Source: Lingula anatina (taxonomy: Eukaryota; Animalia; Brachiopoda). From it: a DNA stretch of 64,000 nt. The translations under genes were made by a program, and so were the position numbers. Below the pieces are notes generated by a model that saw nothing but the letters and a program-made list of their open reading frames with translations, was not told where the DNA came from and did not search any database. How positions within the stretch are numbered: position 1 is the stretch's first letter; the number at the start of each line of letters is the position of its first letter. The stretch spans positions 18,080,651-18,144,650 of the forward strand of contig CM120647.1 of the NCBI GenBank assembly GCA_051362555.1, read 5' to 3'. Shown in pieces: positions 10,730 to 23,362 of this stretch.

Positions 10730-13700
10730 GAGAGTGATGATATCTTACCTTTCTGTCAAATATTTTCACTGTGGTGATTGTTGGAATTATTTGTAAACAA
10801 TGCATATAGGAATAGGAATTTTGTAGTTCAGTTGTACATTTTATTGGTGCTTCGGGTATTGCTGCAGTTTGAAATAATTAGCAACACATGTTGGCATTAG
10901 ACTTCTAGTGTACTAATAATAAGATTTAAAGATAAATTGTATAAATAACTCACTTAATGCTTAGTGTCTCTAGAGATTATTGTTGGGAGATTCATTTTGC
11001 ATAAAGAAAATAGAGCTTTGTATGAAGCATTAGTTAAAACTAGTATTATGCCTGTTTTGGATTTGTAGTTTGAGAAGAATTGTCCCCACTGTAAGGAGGA
11101 ATTTGCAGTGCTGCAGAATTTGAAACGCCATTTGATGGTTGAACATGCGGCCTTGGTAATGAATCCGTTTTGTTTTGCAGTTTCCTACTTGAATTTGAAC
11201 AAAATCTTTGAGTTACCCAATAATTTTGTAGTATCCTACAAACCTTTACAAACTTTGTCAAAGTGCTCAGTATACCAAGGATATTTAAGTTTGGAAGAAT
11301 ATTATTAATATTTTTTTTTTAATATTCATCATTAAACATCTTATACTAGTTTGTAGATAATTTAATTTGTCAATTGATGCATGATATTTTCACAGCATGT
11401 AATGTAATTTGAATTTGAGTTTATTGTTTTTTATTTGAGATTTTTTAAAGGTTTTTTATTACCCTTTTCAGTGGACCCCTGAAAACCCTAGCGGTGACAC
11501 GGACAGACCTTCACGGCGGAAGATCTTTAAAACTCTCAGGAAGATACATTGCCCACAGTGCAAAAAGGAATTTAAAGTGTTTCCGTACTTTTGCTTTCAT
11601 TTGGACTGGTGTGGCAGGGAGGTAAGAGCTATTTCATTAGAAAGAAGACTTTGTTTGTTATGACAATTTTAAATTTGTGATTGAATCTTTAAAGTAAAAG
11701 GTTAAATCTGTCATTTTTCATGCATGAAGTGAGTATGTGCCTGGGTTGAAGTGAAGTTCTTGTTTGATTTTTCTTGAAAAATGCAATTTTTATTTGGGTA
11801 AATCTTTCTAGGAGGTCTGTTATAATTAAGATATAACAAAATGTAATGTCATGTTTTATATTTTTATACATGTATGATGGAACATGACAACTTAAATAAA
11901 AGCATGGCTTTTGTCTACCTTAAAGGTATTCCTCAGTCTTTGTGATTTCAAATCAGTCAAAGTTGGTGCCAAAATTCAAATCAAATGTGTTTTCAGAACG
12001 AGATGGCGACATGCGACATATGCGGCAAGCAGTACAAAGCAATGTGGTTGCAGGCACATACGCGTGAGGCGCACACGGCCAAGAAGCCCAAACATGGCAG
12101 CGTGGTGACAGAAGAAGAACCAGAGGGGGTAGCTGTCATGGAGGACGAAGGGAAATTAGGACGAGGAAATAAAAGAAAGGCTGCTTCTAAGTTAGTAGAT
12201 ATTAGGTTATGAAAATTTAAGTAAAGCTGCCTCTAAGTGAAGGTGAAAATATAAAAAGTGACTGCCTCCAGGCAATTAGAAAAAAAGTTGTGAAAATGTA
12301 AAAAAGACTGCTTCCAGGCAAGAAGAAAAAAGTTGTTAAAATGAAAAAGTAAGAAGAAAATTAGGTTGAAAAAATAAGAAATAAGTTGCTTCAAGTAAGT
12401 AATTAAATAAAAAGAAGGCTGCCTTAAAGTGAATAAAAATTAGGATGTGATAATAAAAGAAAGGCTGCCTCTAAGTGAGAAGAAAATAAGGTTAAGAAAA
12501 TATTTGAATAAGCTTCATGTTTTTTATTAAATTTCAGGGCATTGACCAATCTCCACAACTTGGCTGCTGATGTAGAAGATGCTTTTCAACAGACAGTCAG
12601 CGAGATGTCTTTATTGAAGGTTTGTATAGGCACAGTCAGAATTAAACCTACTTTGACTTTAATCAATTTGTGGACTTTATTTATTCCACCTTTTACGGCC
12701 TGAATTTTGTCTACCTGCAAGATGTCATAATGGCAGATTTGTACTGAATCACAGTTAAATTCCTGCCTATTCCTGTCTCACCACACCTTCTCTTGACTAA
12801 CCTACTCTGGCATAAATTCCTAGCTATTAAATCTTACCAATATTTGTATCTAATATCTGATTTTATTGACACCTAATGTTCCCCTAATTTTGTCTCATAC
12901 AAGTAACTTAAATCAATAAATTCATCCAAAGACTTGATGCATGATATCAACAACGTAATTATTTTATATCCCTTAGTAAAAATAAAATCCTGAATGCCAT
13001 TTATGAATTTTCCATGTAACATATTAGTTTTACCAGTATTTTATAGAAGAAGGCATTATTTATAATGATTATCATTAAGATGTAACATAGTGTAATTTCA
13101 TAATAATATATATACTTTTTTGCTTTTTCAGAAATTGTTCCAGGCCCCTCCATTGGCAGAAGTGACATCAGAGTTGTTGAGAAAATGGAAAGAAACCACT
13201 GGGCAGTTGGACTGTCCATTCAAGGTTAGTCTTTCAGCCACTGACCAAGCCCTGGTTCACAAAAAAATTAAGTCACTTTCCTGGCTTAGTAGACTAGGAT
13301 TGCCATGAGAGTGCTGTTACACTGCCCCTGATAGGTTAAGATGTGCCCATGTGATCATGTAGCCTTGGTTATTAAGTTCTTAGCCATGGAACCTGACTGG
13401 TAAGCCAGAAATCATGAGTTTACATTATGCAATTTCTGTTTCTATATCCTCGTAATTTTTAACAATGTCTCATCCTGTTTCAGAGTGAAGGTTGTGCTGC
13501 CACCTATACTACAATTCCTGGCATGAGGGCACATTTCGTGAACTGCCAATACAATGGCCTGGAAAGCCACAAGTATGTTTGTTTGGTGTGTAAGAAGGAA
13601 TTCAGCTCCCAGGCATCTGTCATTTATCACATAAAAGGGAACCATGAATGGGTAAGGCTGCACTCGGAACCTGTTTGGTTTAAATTGTTTTATAAAGGCT

Positions 13701-16700
13701 TGTTGCTGAAAGTGGGCATTTTGTTTGTGCTTAGATTTCATGGCCGTGGTGTTGTGGAGGATGTGAGGATTATTGTCACCATATCTTTGACCCCATTCCC
13801 ATAGATTTTAGATCGATCTATTCCTGTGGGGAGTCTCACTAGATTACTGTCAGCTTGGCTGGCTTAAGCGTCTGTCCCGCCTACTAAAAGCTGTAAGGGG
13901 GTAATTAACTATGGTGCGCGCACGGCTGACTGCAATTTAGCGTGAACCCCCTAGGAGTTAGGTCGATCTAAATCAAAATCTCTGGATTGATCTAAATCTC
14001 TGGGAATGCACCCTTTGTTCTCTTTATACAATAGATATTTGTGGGACTTTAGGGCAGAATGTCCTCAGAAGACCATAAAATCTTGTGTAAATCATACTAA
14101 GACTAAATACCTGTAACTTGATTGTGACTGTGTCCCAAAGGCGTGGAAATTATTTAGTAATATGTAAATTGTTGTGAAGTGTTAACATTATGTCATAGAA
14201 TTTTTGAATGCAAAGTTGTGATAATTTCTTGCTTTATCTTAATTTTTGTTTTATTTTTTTCAGGAAAGTAAGAAAAAGAAAAAGACCAAGAAAATGGTAA
14301 GTTTTTTTTCAGAGTAGATCAAATACTGGATGGTAAAAAGATACTATCCCATACACATGTAAGTGAATAGAAATTGAGATATCAAGCTTTAATGCTCATA
14401 ATTAGTCCATACTCACTCTTGTTATGACAAACTTCTTTTAGCCAAAAACTTGGGTGATTTAAGCTAGATCAGAAACATAAGCTAACAAGGTGAAAAATTG
14501 AAGTGATTTACATTTTCCTTTGTGAAATTAATGTATTTTTAGTATTTGGCTTTAAAGAAGTGAACATACAAGAGAGTATCCAGTAAGTAAAGTTCTCCAG
14601 CCCCTAAGTGCGCTTTGGACTTATTCCAGCCTTAACTTGCAGGCAGCAGATGACATGTCAAAATAAGAACCATTCTTCTCCGTAAAATTGGAATAGGTTT
14701 CACATTTGGATAGGATGATTTAACATTCAGGATTGAGTCGAGTTTGTGAAATTGTTCAGTGTTTAAACAAAGTCCGACATTGTTCCAGTGTGAAGACTTA
14801 GACTCTATAGCAGACGACATGTCAGATTACGAACCAAACCAGTCGGAAGCAGAAGAGGAAGAAGAAGATGACGGTTCAAGCGGAGTTTCGGAACACAGTA
14901 TAGGTAAATCAGAAATTGGGAGGAGGGGTGTGTGATTCCATTAGTTGGACATAATTGTCTCTCAATTTATTTTCATTTTATTTTATTTTTTAAATTTTAT
15001 TTTATTTCCTTTTAGTTTAGTTTAGTTTGATTTGGTTTAGTTTAGTTTAGTTTAGTTTAGTTTAGTTTAGTTTAGTTTAGTTTAGTTTAGTTTAGTTTAG
15101 TTTAGTTTAGTTTAGTTTAGTTTAGTTTAGTTTAGTTTAGTTTTCATTTTTGCCTACTTTTGATGTAAATAAACAAAAAGTATAAACAGGCCTACAATTT
15201 ACAATATTTGTCATAAAACATCAAAGTTGAATTTCCTTCTATTTTCCCTGTGTTGCAGCCTCAGAGCCAGAGACAGGCAGCAGGTACTTGAGAGGAGGAG
15301 GAGAGAGACCAATCAGAGGAAGGCGGTGTGACGAGAGAGAGGCCTTCCAATGGGGGCTGGAATTCCATCAGAAATACGACCAAGACTCGGCATTTGTGGA
15401 CTGGGTGCCAAGGAGTGACATGTGGACTGAACTCAGTGCTGAGTAAGTAATTTCAGATGGGGCAGTAGCCATATCTGTATGGGTGCTAGCCATATCCATG
15501 TGGGTGTTAGCCATATCCATGTGGGTAGTAGCCATATAGAAGTGGGTAATGGCCTAATCCGTGCAGGTGATAGCTATATCCATGTGGGTTTTATACAAAG
15601 TCATGTGGGTTGAAGCCAAATTTGTATGAGCTGAAGCCAAAGTCACTCAGACTGTGACAAAATTCTAATCATGATTTTAACACTGCAATTCATATTGGTT
15701 GACAGAATCACATTCATGGCTGTAGTCAATTCATATCACCTTTTAAATGATATCCTATTTCTAATCCAGAGAAGCTGCAGAATATCTTCCAAAGACTGAT
15801 ACCAGCCCCCAGTTTAAGGTGGTCCAGTCCTCAAAGCAACGAGCTACAGATCCTCAGACACTGTCGAAGTTTTCTGCCTGCTCCACTGGTGAGCCTTACA
15901 GATGTTTAATTATTTAAATTGTCATAAAAGTGTTGATTTTTAGATGTTATTGTGGTTTGTACTTTTTTTGGTACCAGTATATATTTTTAATGTTTGTTTT
16001 TCTATCACAGTTATTTATGTCTCATAATATCTAGTACAAATCTGCATGTTTCAGAAAATTCCTTCAGTTTTTTTGTTGGGGGTCCAGTGAAGTCATTATC
16101 ATGGTGTCCTGTGCCAATCAAGATATCAACCTATCAGATGCTGGCTGTTAGTTGCCATAGAGACATGGACTTTGTCAGTCCTGTGAATGGGGTCTACTCT
16201 GACAAAGGATGTGTTCAGATTTGGGACTGTGGAAATTTGGAAAAGAAACAGTAAGTTAAATATTGCATATAAATCTTCAGGAACCATCTAGGGCCTTCTG
16301 TTTGACCAGTTCTGATTGTTTTCAAATATAATTGTAAGAAGTTGAAAATAAATATTAAAAGATCTTTTTGAGAAGATATATATTTTAAAATGATTTTTAA
16401 GTGCTACACGCATATTATGAATCAACACATGCTCATGTCAGAAAGCATGTTTTTTGTTAGTGAAACAATCTAAAAATTGTTTGAAGAAGTAAGGCACTGA
16501 AAAACAGTAGGTGAATTTTTTAAAATTTGAGAATAATTTTATCCATGTTTCTCACCCTCCAGAGTTAGGCTACCCAAGCTGTCCCTAGGTATTGCACATG
16601 AATATGGCACCGTCACCAGCCTAAAGTGGTGTCCAACTGGTGCTTTTATTTCCTCGGATAAGGTATGGGTTGAGGTTATTTATTTTAATGATTAAAATAA

Positions 16701-17993
16701 GCAGAAGAAAACATTTTTTAATTTAAAAAAGGAACACAACTCTGTTTATCTTGTTAAATTTAGTTTGTGTCTCCTTTGGTATAAATACAGCACCAATAGC
16801 CACTATTATTATTTTTATTTATATATTTTATTTTATTTTTTGGAAGTGAAAGCAGTAACAGCAATTCTTTTCACTCAGCATTTCTATAACTATTATTAAG
16901 TTTTTATCTATTAAAAAAGCACTTTTTTTCAGGTCTGTGAGGAAGGAGTTTTACCAAGATTGGGTCTTTTAGCTCTTCTCTGTACAAATGGACTCATTTA
17001 TATTCTAAGGTATGATAGCTTGGAATAGTGATGACCTTTGCAATGTACATTTCCTAATGTTTGTAGGCAAGAATAGAAAAAGTACATCCAAGTTTTTACT
17101 AATGAACTGTTACTTGAAATAGGTATTGTATTCTTCGATTTTTCTTTTCTAGTAAAGTATTTTAATTACATTTTTATACAAAATAAGTTATGATAACTTT
17201 AATTATTTTCCCAGCATTCCTCATCCAGGAAGTCTATCAGAGGTCAAAGGTGACTCTGAGAAAGGGGCCAAAGAAGACTCTCAGAGAGATGTCAAAGTCT
17301 TTCAAGCAAAGCCAACTGTGATATTAGATGCCTTTTACAAAGGTAGGAGGAATACAGGAGATAATGGAGTTTGACCAATTGTTTGGGCCACAACTAGCTG
17401 AGGCAAATGTATCTCAACAGAATTATATGTTTGCGTGTTTGGTTTTTAGCAGGAAAAATAACAGCCTCTGTGGTAACTGTATTCTTTCTCATCACCTAAA
17501 AAGTTAAACTTGGCACATGAATATAACTTGGCATGGTATTGATACTGAGCTCTTTTATATCATTTTTGTAATCACTTGAAAACAGACATATACTGTAACA
17601 GTATCACTGGTACTTTAAGCTAGCTGGGGTCATTACAGCATTAGATATGGTGTCAAACTTGTTAAAAGTTTTGTGTCTGTTTTTGTTTTTGGAATTTGTA
17701 CAATATGGAATAGGGTCTCACTTCACTTAACTAAAGAAACCATTTTTTTCCTTAATCAGTGACTTTTTTAAACATAACAGTACATAACACTGTCATATGA
17801 AAATATGTGAATGTCCTTCCATTTCAGCAGACTGTGATACTGAGAGGATCCAGTGTATATGTATGGACTGGTCCTATAGTGATCTCTCTCTTCTGGCAGC
17901 TGGTCTTACTGATGGTGGGTAGGGTGCTGAATTTCCCCCTTTTTTATTAATCATTAGGTACTTAAATTGCCTATTTCTGTCATGAAAAGAGGC

Positions 17994-18032
<39 letters not shown>

Positions 18033-21000
18033 TGGATACGTCTAGAAATGTTATTGCTGCTAAGATTCCTTAATAAAAACTGAGACAGGTATATTTTGAA
18101 ATGAAGGAAAAAATACCAAAATGAATAAGATAACAGGTACTCATACATATTACCCTTTTCTGCTCATGTAAAGTAATTCCAGTCAGCAATGATTGACTTT
18201 AAGTTAGTTATAAGTGTTTAGTTTGAGATTAGAATAAATATGTTGCAGGATCCTTAGCCATATGGAGTCTCACCACCGCCAGCTCTCTCCTGAAAAATGA
18301 AAATATAGATGGCGTTCAGGTGCTTTACCCCTATCAAGTCTTCAACGTCCATAACTGTTTAGTTCGTTCCGTCACCTGGTGCCCTTTTTCATCCAATCAC
18401 ATTGCCACATCTGGAATGGAACGCAGCGTGAAAATTTGGGACCTGCGTGATCCAGAGAGTCCTTATAATCATAGTTGTACACCTTTGATGAAATTTGGGA
18501 ATATTAATTTCGTTAAGTGGCCAAAGTACTGGTGTGGACTTTACCTGGCAGCTGATGATTTGGCCTGGTAAGTGTCAAAGGGTGTGGTGCATTTCATTTT
18601 TATGGTACACTGTACATATTTAAGGTAGTAAATCTATTACATGTAACAAAAATTATGAGCTCAAGCAGCAAGGTTTTGTTACTTTAACACTTGTAATTTA
18701 TTTAATCTCCCTGATACATTACTTGTGGGTAAACTGTTTATAGTTGATGTGAAAAGTGTAGTAAATTTAGATTAATTGTAAGACAAAGTTCATTTTTTAA
18801 ATATCTTTGTTGCAAGTTTTATCCTATTTATTTTAATAATAAAAATTTTATTAATTTTGGATAAAGTGTTGTTTTTGATACTGTAACACACATCATCACT
18901 GGGAATAATGATATTCGATAATATCAGATGTTCATATGTCACATGATCCATCACATGGCCCATCACATGACCCATCACATGACCCATGCTTTCGACTTCT
19001 ATTTCAGTTTTGGTCGTAACAGTACCAGGTATACAGAGTGTGGTTACTTTGGTTATACACCCAAGACCATCCTGCCCCATAAGTCATTTACCTGGGTAGG
19101 TATTTGTATACAGGGGTAGCGCTAACACTCACCAGTTTAGCCAAATGCTAAAACTTATTTAAATTGGCTAAAGAAAAAGGGCTTGATTTGACTTGTTTTG
19201 TCAAATTATAACCATTTTGATAACAAATTGACAAAAAAAGTGGCGATTTGGCCAAGTGAAACAAATTGCTAGCGCTACCCCAGGTATATATTTATATATC
19301 ACATAGTGCTGTGCTGGGATTAGGATAAACTTACACATAAACCAAAGCCAGTCCAATTAACGTCATAAGGAAAACTGAGTGTGTAAAATAAACCAGAAAT
19401 TCAAAACTTAATTCAAAAAAAAAAAAAAAAAAATGAGAGACAGCTTATTTGGTGCCTTTTAGTGTAAAAAAAGTATGACTCAACTTTTTTGCTATATGGT
19501 TTGTTTCTCTCATGTCATGTCATCTTGTGGAAAACCAGCAGATTTTCAGAAAAATTGTTTGTAATTGTTGATACGTAACTCCATTTGCCCGCCAGAGTGT
19601 CATCATTATAAGAAAAATGTTGCTAATTTTCAAAAAGAAAATATGAAAAGAGGTGACGACCATTCTCTCTCAGTGTTGCAGAAACTTGTGCGAGAATGTA
19701 GGCATTATCAAAATGGCAGTGTCATTGTATTTTGATTTTCAGCACTGTACATGACCAAATGGCAGTCTTGATGTTTAATGTATTATATACTGATTTTGAG
19801 CGCTGTACATTTTTAAAATGGCAGTCTTGGCATATAATAATATAGCTTGATTTTTAGCACTGTATGTTCTCAATGTGGAAGTCTTGGTATTTAATGTATA
19901 TTTTGATTTTCACTACAGTTTGTGTGGGCATTCTCAAAAAGGCAATCTTACACCCCATTTCCATAGATTTTTAGATCGATCTATCCCTGTGGGGAGTCTC
20001 ACTAGATTACTGTCAGCTTGGCCGGATTAAGCATCTGTCCTGCCTAATAAAAGCTGTAAGGGTTTAATTAACTATGGTGCCCGCTCGGCTGACTGCAATT
20101 TAGCGTGAACCCCCAGGGAGTTAGGTCTATCTAAATCTTAATCTTTAGATCGATCTAAATCTCTGGGAAAGCACCCGTGGTGATGTATTGTATATTTTAA
20201 TTTTCAGCACTGTACATTCTCAGACTATCTTAACATGCTGGTGGACTGCGACTCGGCCGGGGAGGTGATGGCATGTGTCCAGCCTAGCCTCATGATGGTG
20301 AACAGGGACACCAAAACCTTTGCAAGGAGACGCTTTGTAAGTTGATAGGGATAGAGAACCAGAACACCGTCTTTGCTTTTGTTGTTCAGTTGCACATATT
20401 TCAGTTGCACAGAGAGGTGGTGGTTGAATAATTGTGTATGTTGAACAGTCTTGTAACACATAGCTATAACACCTATACAATAGGATTTCTTTAGCCAGTA
20501 AATGAGAAATTTCTTTTTTATTGTTTTATCAGTTTTCATTTACAAGCTTTAAAATGATTTCCGGCTTACTCTGTGCTCATAAACTGCTGCATATGTTTAA
20601 TTCATCCCAGTGCATTTTATTGCACATTTTGTCTTCAGAAAATCACTATTAGTTCCGCATTTCTTCTTTCAGAATACATACTGTTACATCATATGAAGTT
20701 AGTTTTGATAAATTGATAATCTTGGTTGATAACATTTCAGGGCATATATCATGTTGACCTGGAGACCCTTAAACATCCAGAGAACCAGGGGCAAGATCCT
20801 TCCTCCTCATCTCAACCTAGAGACAGCAGCAAACACGGGAAGTCAGTCAATGAAAATGGAGAAGAGCTTGAGGAAGCAACCAATCAAGAGGCAACAGAAA
20901 TAGCAACAGCCAATAAGAAAAGCAACCAGGCTACAACAGCCAATAAGACAGCAGTAGATGCTAACAAATCCAAGGCTGTGCCAGTGACTGAAAGTTACAG

Positions 21001-21699
21001 TGATGCAGTGTCAAAATATTGCTTGGTTTTTAAAGAAAAGCAGCTGGTAAGTCAACAATGTACATGTATATCTGGTGGATTTAAAAAAAATACAAAAGAT
21101 TCGAGAAAAAAAAAACCTTGAACATTGGGCTTTAAAAGCAGCAGAGAATTCATCATCATTAAATCTTTGGTTCATGGGCAGATTAGAGTGCAGTAGTACA
21201 TATGCCTATGCACATACATATATATTGAATTTGTATATTTGTATCGTGTTTATTCTAGAGTAACATACGACCTGATCCAAGGCTGCAGAACTTTAAAATG
21301 AACCATGATCACCTGGATCAGTTTCCACTGCAGGCAATCTACCAGGTGAGTCTTTGTCTCTCCCCAAAGATTAGGCAGTTTTCCTTTCATATACTAGTAC
21401 GTCCGCCATATTTAGGTTGTGGCTTTGTAAAGCCATATGGCACAACTTGATGTGAATGTGGCCATATTTGATCCACTGATCTGTTAGTCCCCTGTTCTTA
21501 ATGCGCTCAGTGACAAAGTAAATTGGCCTACTTAAAATGGATATATTCGTGATAACATTTCCAGGTAAGCAGTAACAACAACATGGGTTCTCACCTGTGG
21601 GTCGCCAGCGCGGGACAGTCTGGGATAGTCCGTCTTCACCACGTCACTGGACTGAAGAGGCCGCAGCATGCCAGGATGATGGAAAACACCAGAAAGTAG
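8439..21699 (+). CDS. GTF3C2: General transcription factor IIIC subunit 2 (TFIIIC110/TFC6-like WD40) with N-terminal AT-hooks, RG repeats and ZNF512-like zinc fingers; exons 8439-8510, 8692-8833, 9186-10615, 11472-11621, 11997-12190, 12538-12619, 13132-13224, 13484-13651, 14264-14296, 14789-14903, 15259-15442, 15770-15888, 16055-16250, 16563-16662, 16933-17009, 17215-17342, 17828-17914, 18249-18567, 19008-19095, 20208-20336, 20741-21046, 21259-21345, 21565-21699
   Basis: Exon phases are compatible throughout. GTF3C2-type motifs: DWVP..W..LS.EEAAEYLP, FFVGGPVKSLSWCP, IAHEYGTVTSLKWCP, LPRLGLLA, IPHP, WD repeat HNCLVRSVTWCP..VKIWDLR, and C-terminal AIYQV...WVASAGQSGIVRLH. Confidence 0.88.
13791..14012. 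mobile_element. ~220-bp MITE, copy 1 (copy 2 at 19952-20176)
   Basis: Two highly similar intronic copies. Subterminal inverted motif ccc..agatttagatcgatcta / tagatcgatctaaatctctggg. Confidence 0.75.
15009..15142. repeat. (TTTAG)n microsatellite
   Basis: Directly visible pentanucleotide array in a GTF3C2 intron. Confidence 0.95.
19111..19283. mobile_element. ~170-bp MITE with ggggtagcgcta TIRs (inverted copy at 59685-59861)
   Basis: Termini caggggtagcgcta...tagcgctacccc. The internal sequence recurs reverse-complemented at ~59.7-59.86 kb. Confidence 0.7.
19952..20176. mobile_element. ~220-bp MITE, copy 2
   Basis: Near-identical to 13791-14012. Confidence 0.75.
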
Positions 21700-23362
21700 T
21701 CTTCTGTTTAACTCTCTGCAGACAAGTTTTATAATATGAAAATGATGGCATCTTTGGACATTCTGACATTCCCTGTAATGGGTTCTCCACATCTGCTTCC
21801 TAATTTGCGATTTTGAACACTTGGATGCGACTCTCGTACTTTTAATGCAGGCAATTTAGTTGTCAAGTTCAGCATTCTCTGGGTGTTCTGGTTCAGTTTC
21901 GTGTACTGCTCATCATGGAAGGATCGAGACCTTAAGCTCTACTTTGCTCCAGGGTCACCGTTTTGGGACAATCATATGTAGTGCAATTTTATCAGTAATG
22001 AAGGGCTTTTATGTTCAGTTTTCTGTCAAGAATCAGCATATGGGTCTGTCTTTTTCATAAAATGTTTTAAAAAACATGGTGCAAAATGTGTATGGACATT
22101 GTTTCTTGCCTTACCCTACCTGGAATTTCTTCCTTCTGCTCAAAAGTTAAAAAAGCAAGGAAAGAATTTCCATTCGACTTACTGACTGAAATGTGGACTG
22201 TGATGCATACTTCTTGGATATTTAAGTCCTGGAAATATTTCGAATTCATGGAAAATCTGGGTCATCAATTTTATTCCTTAGTTCTAAAATTCCACTTATG
22301 TTCCTTTGAATATCAATGACTGCATTTTGTATGTGTAAGCCAGTGACAAAGAATTGCTCAACAAAGAGCAATGTTATTGTTGTTCTGTTTTTGATTTAAA
22401 TATTCATTATTTGAAGGTAATGGTTTAAGCATGTATTATTTGGCCATGATAAAGTTTGATTTTATTGAATCTTTTCAAATATTAAGTGAGGAAGAGATAT
22501 CCAAATAAATTCAGCCTTGTCAACTCCTTAGTTCAACACTGAAGTAGTTTGTTTGTTAATGAATGAACTGTTCATCACACATAAACTTAGCGGCATTGCA
22601 CAATAATTGGCTTTCCATGAACAAAAATGCCTTAAATAACAAAAGAGTACAGTGCCTCTCATACAGAGATCAAATATATGACACTTTTAATTGAGAGAAC
22701 AATTTCATTTTACTTAATTTTCAGTATATTTTTTGACACTGTAAACCACACCAAAAGTCTGCTGCAACAAAGTAAAACATTTAATTTTATTTATCAAATT
22801 ATTATATATTTTATTTGCACACATTTTATCTGGACATCTCAAATATGCCAGTGTGATGGAATGGAGAAAATTGATCATATACAAATAAAATAATAAATAA
22901 TATGCAAAAAATTCATCAACAGAAAAGGGCAACCCAAACATAACAATAACAAATTGTACTGAAAAATACAAAGACGTGATGATTAGATCTCTGTTATTAC
23001 AAATCTTCAAACCCTGAAAGTTATTGTAATTTCTACCCACTCTATGGTGATCTGTTATTCTCTATAAAAACGAGCATTGAAACTTCAAACAGCATATGAT
23101 AGAATTTGCATATATTTGTAAATCTCAGCTTCTGCCTCTCTGCCTAAGAGCCCAGCTAATGCATCAGTTCAGAGAGCAAGTACGAGTAAACAGTTGTACA
23201 AAACACTAAAACTAGATTGCATACATGTTTCTATGCCAGTGAAAGCCCATTTAATGCATCCATTTTCTTATATATTGCTCCAGAATTTCCTCTATCTTCT
23301 CAAACAGACAAAAAGAAAAGAAAAAGTAAAAGTTATAAAGAAAACATTTTTAGAACGTTAAA

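Noticed and set aside
14543-14583. Extra GTF3C2 micro-exon (ag...cagtaagt)
   Set aside because: It has a stop in the required phase 0, and the flanking exons join in frame without it.
15009-15142. Interstitial telomeric repeat
   Set aside because: The unit is TTTAG, not TTAGGG or TTAGG. It is an ordinary microsatellite.
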